Below, one piece after another: positions 36,667 through 45,130 of a stretch of DNA of 64,000 nt. Made by a program: the position numbers and the translations under genes. Within the stretch, counting starts at the first letter, position 1. Every line of letters starts with the position of its first letter. The stretch is taken from the NCBI GenBank assembly GCA_963740065.1, contig CAVUCS010000002.1, forward strand, positions 126,858 to 190,857, read 5' to 3'. Below the pieces are notes generated by a model. That model was not told the origin of the DNA and did not search any database. It saw only the letters and a program-made list of their open reading frames with translations. The stretch comes from an uncultured Solirubrobacterales bacterium (GTDB lineage: Bacteria > Actinomycetota > Thermoleophilia > Solirubrobacterales > 70-9).

Positions 36667-38234
36667 ACGGGCTTTGCCGCCGCTTCGTCGGTGGCGCGGT
36701 ACTCGGCCAGCAGCGCCTGCTCCTGCTCCTTCTTCGGGAAGCGGAAGAAGACGAGGGTGGCTCCAAGGACAATCGCGATGATGCCCGCCGCGTAGGCCCA
36801 TCTGTCGCCCTGCAGGAACGACGACTTGGCGGCGGCGATGATTTGGTCTGAATATCTCGGGTACTGCTCGGCGAGATTGGCGGCGCTGCCGAAGGACTTG
36901 GTCAGCTCGCTCTGGACGTTCTCGGAGACCTTGTCGGCGTTAGGTGAGGCGGCGATTTGCGACGAGGCCGCCGCCGCGTAGCCCGCCGTCAGCAGGGCAC
37001 CGAGGATCGACTGCATGATCGCTCCGCCGAGGTCACGTTGCAGGTCGGCCGTGCCCGATGCCATGCCGGCCCGTTTGACCGGCACCGAGCCGGTCAGCGA
37101 GTGCGAGGCGGGTGTCCCGGCGAAGCCGACGCCGATGCCGACGAAGGCGTAGCCGAGGCCGACCTTCCAGTAGGCCGCCCCGTCCGTCCACAGCAGCAGC
37201 ATGGTGAGGAAGCCGAGTACGCAGAAGACGTAGCCGATCAACAGGGTGAAGCGCGCGCCACGGCTCTCGACCAGCTTCGCCGAGCGAGGGGCGACGAGGA
37301 CCATCAGCACCGCCGCCGGCATGATCGCCAGGCCGGAGTCCAGAGTCGAGTAATCGAGCACGTTTTGCAGGTACTGCTGGCCGATGAACATCGCTCCCAT
37401 CAGCGAGCCGAAAACGATGATCCCGGCGCAGGCGGCGACCCAGAAGATCCGGCGCGAGGCGACCTCGAGGTCGTAGAGGGGGGAGCGGGCGCGCCGTTCC
37501 CGCAGGACGAAGCCAATGATCGCTGCCAGCGCCACCAGGCCGAGGCCGAGCGCCAGCATTCCCTTGCCCGGGACCGGCGCCATGTTGATTGCCAATACCA
37601 GCGACGCCACCAGCAGGATCGAGATGATGCCGCCGAGGTTGTCGACCGGGTTGGTCGTTTCATTGACGTGAGCGGGAACGTAGCGCCAGGCGAGGTAGAG
37701 GGCGATCGCCGCCAGTGGCAAGGTGACGAGGAAGACCGAGCCCCAGTCGAAGTGCTCCAGCAGCGCCCCGGACAGCAGTGGGCCGAGCGCGGCGATCGCG
37801 CCTCCGATCGCCGACCAGAGCGCGATCGATCTCGTGCGCGCCGGCCCGTCCCAGAGTGCGGTGATCAATGCCAAGGTGGTGGGAAAGGCCATTCCGGCGG
37901 CGACGCCGCCGAGCACCCGGGCGACGAAGAGGACGCCGATCGAAGGCGCAAGGCCGGCCAGCAACGAGGCCGGGATCGACAGTGACATGCCGAGTACCAG
38001 CATCCCCTTGCGCCCGTAGCGGTCGCCGAGGGCTCCCAGGTAGAGGACCGAGGCCGCTAATCCCAGCGAGTAGCCGACGGCGACTAGGTTGAGCGTCGTT
38101 TGGCCCGCATCGAAGTCTTTGCCGATGTCCGGTAGGGCGACATTGGCCACCGCAAGGTTGAGGTTGGCGACCGCCGCGACCAGGATCAGTGCGGCGAGGA
38201 CAAGCGGCGCGCGCTGCGGAGCGGCGGATCTCAT
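36663..38234 (-). CDS. MFS transporter, DHA2/EmrB-like (14 TM)
   Basis: Carries the GALGDRYGRKG motif with a 14-TM length. Start set at Met 38234 (MRSAAPQRAPLV); the track start at 38300 would run into hairpin H2. Confidence 0.8.
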   Translation of the reverse strand: MRSAAPQRAPLVLAALILVAAVANLNLAVANVALPDIGKDFDAGQTTLNLVAVGYSLGLAASVLYLGALGDRYGRKGMLVLGMSLSIPASLLAGLAPSIGVLFVARVLGGVAAGMAFPTTLALITALWDGPARTRSIALWSAIGGAIAALGPLLSGALLEHFDWGSVFLVTLPLAAIALYLAWRYVPAHVNETTNPVDNLGGIISILLVASLVLAINMAPVPGKGMLALGLGLVALAAIIGFVLRERRARSPLYDLEVASRRIFWVAACAGIIVFGSLMGAMFIGQQYLQNVLDYSTLDSGLAIMPAAVLMVLVAPRSAKLVESRGARFTLLIGYVFCVLGFLTMLLLWTDGAAYWKVGLGYAFVGIGVGFAGTPASHSLTGSVPVKRAGMASGTADLQRDLGGAIMQSILGALLTAGYAAAASSQIAASPNADKVSENVQSELTKSFGSAANLAEQYPRYSDQIIAAAKSSFLQGDRWAYAAGIIAIVLGATLVFFRFPKKEQEQALLAEYRATDEAAAKPV

Positions 38235-38301
38235 GCGCAACCCTCGGCCTTCATGCCCCCAACCTACCCGAGCCGCGGGCATCGTTTTCACGTCTCGCAA
38301 C

Positions 38302-38350
38302 GGTGAGTTCGTCTTTGTTCCCGGTATGCGGGAACAAAGACGAACTCACC
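38302..38350. repeat. hairpin H2 (21-bp perfect stem, GGTATGC loop) in a divergent promoter region
   Basis: GGTGAGTTCGTCTTTGTTCCC-GGTATGC-GGGAACAAAGACGAACTCACC, between the MFS (minus) and MBL hydrolase (plus) genes. Confidence 0.85.
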
Positions 38351-38385
38351 GGGCGGCGGGCGGCGGGGATTGAGAGGATGGGTGG

Positions 38386-39381
38386 GTGAGTGGGGATCGC
38401 AAGGCAGAGGTGCGTGGGGAGCGGACGCTGCCCGGTGTGTGGCGACTGCGCATGCCCCTGCCCTGGCCTGGGGTGCCGCATGGCAACGCGTGGGCGGTCG
38501 CCGCCGGCGACGGCATCGTCCTCTTCGACACCGGGATCGGTGGGAAGGACCGTCTGCGCCAGCTCGATCTCGCCCTCGCGCAGACGGGGCACAGCGTCGC
38601 TGACGTGCGCCTGCTGGTCTGCACTCACTCCCACATCGACCATTACGGGCTCGCTGCGCCGATCGTCGAGGCGGCCGGCTGCGAGTTGTGGATGCACCCG
38701 GCCTGGGGGCACGTTCGCATCCTCGCCGACGACCCTGCCGCGGCCTTGGAGCAGCGGCTCGAAGTCGCCCGCCAGAGTGGCGTCCCGCCCGCCGCCCTGG
38801 AGCGCTATCGCGAGTCACGGGAAGACGACGATCCCGGGATCAACGCGATCGTCGAGCCCGACCGCGACCTGCTCCCCGGGGTCGAGGTGGAGACCGACCT
38901 CGGCGCCTGGCAGGTGTATGAGACCCCCGGTCACGCGCCCTCCCACGTTGTTTTGCACCAGCCCGAGCGCAAACTGATGATCTCCGGCGACCATCTGCTC
39001 GGCCGCACCGTCCTCTTCTTCGACCACGGGCACACGGCCGATCCGATCGGCGAGTTCCTGCGCAGCCTCGACGAAGTGGAGCCGCTGGAAGTGGACCTCG
39101 TCCTCCCCGGCCATGGACGGCCTTTCCGCGATCCGGAGGCGAAGATCGCCGAGAGCCGCCGCCAAGTCGACGAGCTGCTCGGCAAGGTCCGCGACTCGCT
39201 TGTGGGGGGGAAGAAGACTGCTTTTGAGATCGTCGGCGACATCGTCGGTGCCGAGAACCTCAACACCCCGGTCAGCGCCTGGATTTTGCAGATCGTCCTC
39301 TCTTGCCTCGATCACCTGGCGATCTTGGGTGAGGTTGCGGTGGTCGAGGAAACCGATCCGCAGCAGTGGGCTAGCCTCTAG
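38386..39381 (+). CDS. MBL-fold metallo-hydrolase
   Basis: HSHIDHYG motif, later TPGHAPSH and LPGHG. GTG start. Confidence 0.75.
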   Translation: MSGDRKAEVRGERTLPGVWRLRMPLPWPGVPHGNAWAVAAGDGIVLFDTGIGGKDRLRQLDLALAQTGHSVADVRLLVCTHSHIDHYGLAAPIVEAAGCELWMHPAWGHVRILADDPAAALEQRLEVARQSGVPPAALERYRESREDDDPGINAIVEPDRDLLPGVEVETDLGAWQVYETPGHAPSHVVLHQPERKLMISGDHLLGRTVLFFDHGHTADPIGEFLRSLDEVEPLEVDLVLPGHGRPFRDPEAKIAESRRQVDELLGKVRDSLVGGKKTAFEIVGDIVGAENLNTPVSAWILQIVLSCLDHLAILGEVAVVEETDPQQWASL

Positions 39382-39386
39382 CGTCA

Positions 39387-39833
39387 ATGGCCAGCTTCAC
39401 TTTTGTACGCGAGGTTGCGGCGCCCCCCGAGGTGGTGTTCGATGTCCTCACCGACCACCGCGGCTATGCCGACATCACGCCGATGCGCAAATCCGAGCTG
39501 GAGCGAGAGGGGGAGCCGGCCCCTAACGGAGTAGGGGCAATCCGAGCCCTGCACTCGGTCGGGCCGCCGCTGCGCGAGGAGGTCGTCTCCTACCAGCGCC
39601 CCAGCCGCTTCTCCTACAAAGTCATCTCCGGGATCCCGGTGCGCGATCACCTCGGCACAGTCGTGCTCACTTCGGAAGGATCGGGCACGAGAGTGACCTA
39701 CGCGGTCAAGACCACGCCGACGCTGCCACTCGTTGGCGGCGCTGTCGTCGCCGTTACCAAGCTGGCGATCAGACAGCTGCTGAGCGGCATCTCAACCGAG
39801 TCGGAACGGCGGGCCGCCGCGGAGAATGGTTGA
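39387..39833 (+). CDS. SRPBCC (START/polyketide-cyclase-like) family protein
   Basis: 148-aa protein with typical SRPBCC N-terminal wording (FTFVREVAAPPEVVFDVLTDH). Family-level call. Confidence 0.6.
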   Translation: MASFTFVREVAAPPEVVFDVLTDHRGYADITPMRKSELEREGEPAPNGVGAIRALHSVGPPLREEVVSYQRPSRFSYKVISGIPVRDHLGTVVLTSEGSGTRVTYAVKTTPTLPLVGGAVVAVTKLAIRQLLSGISTESERRAAAENG

Positions 39834-41343
39834 GAGCGGGCCCAAGGCCCGCTGGTGGAAGCACCCAGAGCGCCTCCTGCGGGATCGCAAGCGGTTGGCG
39901 ATCGTCCTAAGCATCACCACCGCCGTGCTCGTCCTCGGCGGCGCACTTGCCTACAGCCTGTTGAAGCGCCCCGCCGACGTCCACAACGCCGACGTCCCGT
40001 TCAAGGCGCAGAAGCCGCCGAAGGCAAAGGCGAAGACGGTCAACTGGCCGATCTTCGGTCTCAACCCCGCCCGCACCCGCTACCTGCCGGCGAAAGGCGT
40101 GAAGCCTCCCTTCCGCAGACTTTGGCGCTACACCGGCCGGCCGCTGTTGGAGTTCCCACCGATCTTCGTCGGCGGCAAGCTCTACTTCGTCAACAACAGC
40201 GGCAGAGCGATCGCCCTCGATGCTGACACGGGAAGAGTTCTCTGGCAGCGACGGATCGGCCTCCTCAACGCTTCCTCTCCGGCCTACTATCGCCACCGCC
40301 TCTACATCGTCAACCTCGTCCCTGGCCACATCGTCAAGCTCGACGCGAGAACGGGCAAGACGATCTGGAAGCGATCGTTGCCGGGGCGCGCCGAATCCTC
40401 GCCGGTGGTGATTGACCGCACCGTCTATTTCGGTTGCGAGAACGGCGAGCTGTTCGCACTGAGCACGGTCAGCGGCAACGTGCGCTGGTCGACCAGTCTC
40501 GGCGGCCCGATCAAGTCGGCACCCGCCTACTACGGCGGGACCCTCTTCGTCGGCGATTACGGCGGATACATGAACGCGGTCGACGCGAAAAGCGGCGCCG
40601 TGAAGTGGCAGAGCGGCTCGCTCGGGCCCGGGTTCGGCGGTTCCGGCGCCTTCTACTCGACCCCCGCCGTCGCCTTCGGGCGCGTCTACGCCGGCAACAA
40701 CGACGCCCGCGTCTACAGCTTCGACATCCACAGCGGGGAGTTGGCTTGGAGCTACTCGACCGGCGGCTACGCCTACTCCGGCCCCACCGTCTCGACTACT
40801 CGGCACGCGCCGCCGACCGTATATATCGGCTCCTTCGACGGCAACGTCTACGCGCTCGACGCCAAGGACGGCGACGTGCGCTGGAGTCGCTACACCGGCG
40901 GCCAGGTGATCGGTTCCCTATCCGCGGTCGGCGACATCGTCTACGCCGCCGAGTTCACCAACGAGACGACGACCGGCTTCATGATGCGCAGTGGTCGGCG
41001 GGTCTTTCACTACCCGCGCGGCACCTACTCGGCGGTGATCTCCGACGGACGCCGGATCTACCTGACCGGCTACTCGAGCATCACCGCTTTGCAGCCCTTC
41101 CGCTACAGAACGGCGATCGCGCCTAACGTGCCTGCGCCGCGACCCCGCCCGGGGGCGGGGGCAGCGCTTTCGGCGGGGAAGGGGCGAAAGGCGGGAAGCG
41201 CGGCGAGTGCAGCCAACTCCGCACCACGGAGAGGCTCGCGGGGTTGTTCTGCAGCCGGTAAGAACTCGTCGCGCCAAAGTCCTGGTAATAGACGAGCATC
41301 TTGCAGCGAGGGTGGCGGTCGACCCAAGTCAGCAGGCGGCTGA
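39826..41343 (+). CDS. membrane-anchored PQQ-like beta-propeller repeat protein (BamB-like fold)
   Basis: N-terminal TM followed by repeated G..Y....G.L.ALD..TG...W motifs. The last ~70 aa are low-complexity and overlap the convergent gene. Confidence 0.7.
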   Translation: MVESGPKARWWKHPERLLRDRKRLAIVLSITTAVLVLGGALAYSLLKRPADVHNADVPFKAQKPPKAKAKTVNWPIFGLNPARTRYLPAKGVKPPFRRLWRYTGRPLLEFPPIFVGGKLYFVNNSGRAIALDADTGRVLWQRRIGLLNASSPAYYRHRLYIVNLVPGHIVKLDARTGKTIWKRSLPGRAESSPVVIDRTVYFGCENGELFALSTVSGNVRWSTSLGGPIKSAPAYYGGTLFVGDYGGYMNAVDAKSGAVKWQSGSLGPGFGGSGAFYSTPAVAFGRVYAGNNDARVYSFDIHSGELAWSYSTGGYAYSGPTVSTTRHAPPTVYIGSFDGNVYALDAKDGDVRWSRYTGGQVIGSLSAVGDIVYAAEFTNETTTGFMMRSGRRVFHYPRGTYSAVISDGRRIYLTGYSSITALQPFRYRTAIAPNVPAPRPRPGAGAALSAGKGRKAGSAASAANSAPRRGSRGCSAAGKNSSRQSPGNRRASCSEGGGRPKSAGG

Positions 41344-42202
41344 CGAAGGTCGGGTCGTCGCCGTCGGCGACGCCCCACTCAGGCAGCGCGAAGGGCTTAT
41401 TGGAGAAGCGCCGATAGATGCCGGTCAGCGCTTTCCAGTCCTGGTTGTCGGAGTAGTAGTCGGTGCCGACCCAGTCGACGTAGTCGTCCCCGGGATAGAA
41501 AAAGCGTGGACGGTTGCGGGGGGCGGTGGGGGAGCCGGCGGGGAGGGTGCTCCACACCAACGCGACCGGAGCGCGCGGCAGGCCGCCGAGGTCGCTGCGC
41601 AGCCGTGGCACGCCCGCCTTGGCCAGACGCGCGTTGATCGCCCTGCGCTTGCCGCCCCCGTGCACGATCACGTAGATGCGCCTGAAGGCGCGCCTGTACC
41701 AGCGCATGGCGTGGTCGCCTCCGCGGGGCTTGCCCGCGCAGTCGTTGGCGGCGTAGACGTTGAGGCAGCGGTTGGGCTCACCCAGCGGCCGGATGTAAGC
41801 GCGCATTCTCTTCGTCCAAAACAGTCTGTTGAGGCGGACCAGATAGTCGTCGCCATAGCCCTGGGCAATCGCGCGTGGCGTGATCAGCTCGTGCCCATCG
41901 CCGGGGTCGGCGGTGGTGATGTGGAGCATCGGCCGCGCTCGCGCCGCCTGCCAGCGCTCGATCGACTCCGGGAAGTCCGATCCCCAGGAGCGGAAGCTCT
42001 GGATCAACGCCGGGTGCTTTCGCATGATTCTGCTGAGCTCGCCGAAGTCGGCCGGGTCGCCGGTATCGGATACGCCGAAGAAGACCTTTCTCCCCCGCGG
42101 CTGCAACGTCCCGGCGCTCGCGCTCGCCGTGCCCGCCAGACAGGCGAGAACCGCGGCAAGCAGGCAGGCGACGAAGGCTTTCTCGCGGTAGGCGTAGATC
42201 AC
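41123..42202 (-). CDS. secreted glycoside-hydrolase-like protein (GH26-like TIM barrel)
   Basis: Signal peptide, then PLGEPN, DYVDWVGTDYY and ALPEWG segments reminiscent of GH26. Weak family call. Confidence 0.5.
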   Translation of the reverse strand: MIYAYREKAFVACLLAAVLACLAGTASASAGTLQPRGRKVFFGVSDTGDPADFGELSRIMRKHPALIQSFRSWGSDFPESIERWQAARARPMLHITTADPGDGHELITPRAIAQGYGDDYLVRLNRLFWTKRMRAYIRPLGEPNRCLNVYAANDCAGKPRGGDHAMRWYRRAFRRIYVIVHGGGKRRAINARLAKAGVPRLRSDLGGLPRAPVALVWSTLPAGSPTAPRNRPRFFYPGDDYVDWVGTDYYSDNQDWKALTGIYRRFSNKPFALPEWGVADGDDPTFVSRLLTWVDRHPRCKMLVYYQDFGATSSYRLQNNPASLSVVRSWLHSPRFPPFAPSPPKALPPPPGGVAAQAR

Positions 42203-42217
42203 TCGGGGTCCTTCGAC

Positions 42218-42240
42218 CGGAAGGTGTCGAACACCTTCCG
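42218..42240 (-). terminator. short hairpin downstream of recQ (possible tail-less terminator)
   Basis: CGGAAGGTGT-CGA-ACACCTTCCG, a 10-bp stem located 10 nt after the recQ stop. There is no U-tract on the recQ strand. Confidence 0.3.
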
Positions 42241-42249
42241 AAAACAGGC

Positions 42250-43809
42250 TCAGGCAGCGATTGTTGCCGTGCCGCCGCCGCCGCTGACGATCCCGAGCAC
42301 GGAATCGGCGTGTTTGGCGATGAAGCTCGGACCTATCCCTCTTATCTCCAGTAGGCGCTCGGGGGTCGACGGCCTCGTCGCGGCAATCGCCCGCAAGGTG
42401 CTGTCGTGGGCGATCGTGAAAGCCGGTTTACCGGCGGCCACCTCTTTGCGCCACGCGCGCAGCGCCTCAAACAGCGGCTCGTCTTCTGGAGAGATGTCGA
42501 CGGGCGCGGTGGCCTTCGCGCCGCTTCGCTTCGGGCGGATCTGGATCGTTTCGGGATCCGGCAGCCAGCCTCCGGGGTCGCATACATCGCAGCAGCGACC
42601 CTCCGGCCTGGGCGGCGTGGAGTCGCCGAAGTGGCTGAGCAGGCGCCGTCGCCGGCAGGACTCCGAGTAGACGAACGATTTGACCACCCGGAAGGCGCGC
42701 CAACCGCGCTCGTGGGCGACGGCAAGCTCGGGATCTCCGCTGCGCTGCTCGTTGAAGCGGACCAGGCGGCCGAGGTCGGAGCGCATCGCCAGCAGCGCCG
42801 CTCGCGCCGGAAGTCCGTCGCGTCCGGCGCGCCCCGCCTCTTGGTAGTAGGCCTCGACGCTGGTCGGGATCGTCAGGTGCCAGACCGAGCGGACATCCGC
42901 CTTGTCCACTCCCATTCCGAAGGCGTTGGTGGCGACGACGACGTCCTCCTCTCCGGCCATGAAGCGTCGCTGGGCATCGGTCCGAGCCTCCGGCGACATG
43001 CCGGCGTGGTAGGGAACGGCGGCGAGCCCCCCGGCGCGTAGCGTTTCCGCCACCTCGTCGGTGTCTCTGCGAGTGCCGCAGTAGACGATCGCCGGCCGGT
43101 TCTCAGCCTCCGCCAGCCCGTGCTCCAACAGCGCCATCTTGCGGGCCTTTGCGCCGCGACCTTCGAGCGCGACCACATCGAAGGAGAGGTTAGGTCGGTC
43201 GAAGCCGGAGCGGATCATCAGCGGGTCGCGCAGCCCCAGCCGCTCCACCACTTCGCGCGCCACTTCGGTCGTCGCCGTCGCGGTGCAGGCCATCACCGTC
43301 GGGCGCCCCAGCCGCTCCACCACCTCGGGCAGTCGCAGGTAGTCGGGACGGAAGTCGTGTCCCCACTCCGAGAGGCAATGGGCCTCGTCGATCGCCATCA
43401 GGTCGACCCGCCGCTGCGCCACCGCCGCTTGAAACGAAGGCGCCCCGAAGCGCTCCGGGGAGCAGTAGACGATCCGCGCCGCGCCGCCGCGCACGTCGTC
43501 CAACGCGTCCCGCGCGGCCTCGTCGCTCATCCCCGAGGAGATCATCGCCACCGGATGCCCCCCGGCTCTGAGTCGGCGCCACTGGTCCGTCATCAGCGCG
43601 ATCAGCGGCGTGACCACGATCGTCAGGTCTTCGGTTGCCAGGCCGGGAAGCTGGTAGCAGAGGCTCTTGCCACCGCCGGTGGGCATCACGATCAACGAGT
43701 CGCGCCCCGCCAGCCCCGCCTCAACCGCCTCCTTCTGCCCCGGCCGCCAGTGCTCGAATCCGAGCTTCCCAAGCAGTGCATCGGCACGATCTTCGGCGAC
43801 GGAAGTCAT
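42250..43809 (-). CDS. recQ: ATP-dependent DNA helicase RecQ
   Basis: PTGGGKSLCYQLP, DEAHCLSEWGHDFRP, the zinc-binding CRRR...C..CD region and a C-terminal HRDC. Confidence 0.9.
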   Translation of the reverse strand: MTSVAEDRADALLGKLGFEHWRPGQKEAVEAGLAGRDSLIVMPTGGGKSLCYQLPGLATEDLTIVVTPLIALMTDQWRRLRAGGHPVAMISSGMSDEAARDALDDVRGGAARIVYCSPERFGAPSFQAAVAQRRVDLMAIDEAHCLSEWGHDFRPDYLRLPEVVERLGRPTVMACTATATTEVAREVVERLGLRDPLMIRSGFDRPNLSFDVVALEGRGAKARKMALLEHGLAEAENRPAIVYCGTRRDTDEVAETLRAGGLAAVPYHAGMSPEARTDAQRRFMAGEEDVVVATNAFGMGVDKADVRSVWHLTIPTSVEAYYQEAGRAGRDGLPARAALLAMRSDLGRLVRFNEQRSGDPELAVAHERGWRAFRVVKSFVYSESCRRRRLLSHFGDSTPPRPEGRCCDVCDPGGWLPDPETIQIRPKRSGAKATAPVDISPEDEPLFEALRAWRKEVAAGKPAFTIAHDSTLRAIAATRPSTPERLLEIRGIGPSFIAKHADSVLGIVSGGGGTATIAA

Positions 43810-43851
43810 CCAAGCACCCTAAGCCCGCGCGCGGATGAGCCTCTCCCCCCA

Positions 43852-43902
43852 CGTTCCGCTGCGAGTTATGACTGCTATGCAGAGATAACTCGCAGCGGAA
43901 CG
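43852..43902. repeat. family A hairpin repeat, copy A3
   Basis: CGTTCCGCTGCGAGTTAT / ATAACTCGCAGCGGAACG (18 bp), inner CTGC-TAT-GCAG. It begins 2 nt after the efeB stop, upstream of recQ. Confidence 0.85.
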
Positions 43903-43903
43903 G

Positions 43904-45130
43904 TTAGGAGAGGAGGGACTCGCCGACGTAGCTGCTGCGCCGCGCTCCCGGGGGAACCGCGAAGACGGCGCTTCCCACGTGCTTGATGTACTCGTTGAGG
44001 GCGTCGGAGGAGCCGAGCCGCCGCTGGATCGCGATGAACTGCCGCGGATCTCGCTGGAAGGCGATGAAGAAGAGCCCGGCCTCCAGTTCGCCGAGGCTCT
44101 CGTCGACTCCGTCGGTGAACGAGTAGCCGCGGCGCAGAATGCGCTCGCCGCGGTTCGCCGAGGCCGAGGCAAGCCGAACGTGGGCGTCGACCGGGATCGT
44201 CGGCTTCCCGCCGCTCGTCTCCTCCAGCGGCAGTGGCTCGAACTCGTCCTCGCCGCCCAGCGGCGCGCCGCTGTACTTGCGGCGGCCGATCGTTCCCTCC
44301 TGGTCGGCGAGGGGAGAGCGATCCCAGACCTCCAGCAGCATGCGGATGCGGCGGGTGACCAGGTAGCTGCCGCCCCGCAGCCAGGCCGGCCCTTCGCCTC
44401 CGACCCAGACGAAGCGGCGCATCGCCTCGCTGTCCTCGGCGCGGATGTTGGCGGTGCCGTCCTTGAAGCCCATCAGGTTGCGCGGTGTGTCCTGGGAGCG
44501 GCTGGTGGAGGAGGTGCGGCCGAAGCCGAGCTGGGACCAGCGCATGACCACCGTGCCGCGGCCGATCCGCGCCAGGTTGCGGACCGCGTGGAAGGCGACC
44601 TGGGGATCGTCGGCGCAGGCCTGGACGCAGAGGTCTCCGCCGCTCTGAGCCGGGTCCAGTTCATCGGCGGGCAGCGGCGGAATCTCCCGCAGCGGCGCCG
44701 GCCGGCGCCGTCTCAAGCCCATTCCGCGCTGCTCGAAGAGGCTCGGGCCGAAGCCGAAAGTGACGGTGAGGCGAGAAGGGAGGAGGCCGACCGTCTCGCC
44801 GGTGTCGTCGGGGGGCGCCGGCGGGACGCCGTTCGCGTCGCCGACCAACTCCCCGGCGGTCATCTCCGCCGCCGCCGCCGACCACTCCCGCATCAGCCCG
44901 CGCAGGTCGCTTCTCCTCGCCCCGTCGACCAGGTCGAAGGCGGCGAAGTGGAGGCGATCCTGGGCCGCGGTCCCGATCCCCGCCTGGTGGGGGCCGTGGA
45001 ACGGAACCGAGCCGGTGCCGGCGGCATCCGCCTCAGCGGTCTCCCGCCCGACCAGGAAGCCGCCGGCGCTGAGCCCGACGCCGGCGACGCCCGCGGTCGT
45101 CAGGAGTCGGCGTCGGGTCAGCGGGGTCAC
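43904..45130 (-). CDS. efeB: Dyp-type peroxidase, Tat-exported (EfeB-like)
   Basis: Twin-arginine signal (TRRRLLTTAGVAG), a GFKDGT-type motif (MGFKDGTANI) and RRGYSF. Overlaps the efeO stop. Confidence 0.85.
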   Translation of the reverse strand: MTPLTRRRLLTTAGVAGVGLSAGGFLVGRETAEADAAGTGSVPFHGPHQAGIGTAAQDRLHFAAFDLVDGARRSDLRGLMREWSAAAAEMTAGELVGDANGVPPAPPDDTGETVGLLPSRLTVTFGFGPSLFEQRGMGLRRRRPAPLREIPPLPADELDPAQSGGDLCVQACADDPQVAFHAVRNLARIGRGTVVMRWSQLGFGRTSSTSRSQDTPRNLMGFKDGTANIRAEDSEAMRRFVWVGGEGPAWLRGGSYLVTRRIRMLLEVWDRSPLADQEGTIGRRKYSGAPLGGEDEFEPLPLEETSGGKPTIPVDAHVRLASASANRGERILRRGYSFTDGVDESLGELEAGLFFIAFQRDPRQFIAIQRRLGSSDALNEYIKHVGSAVFAVPPGARRSSYVGESLLS

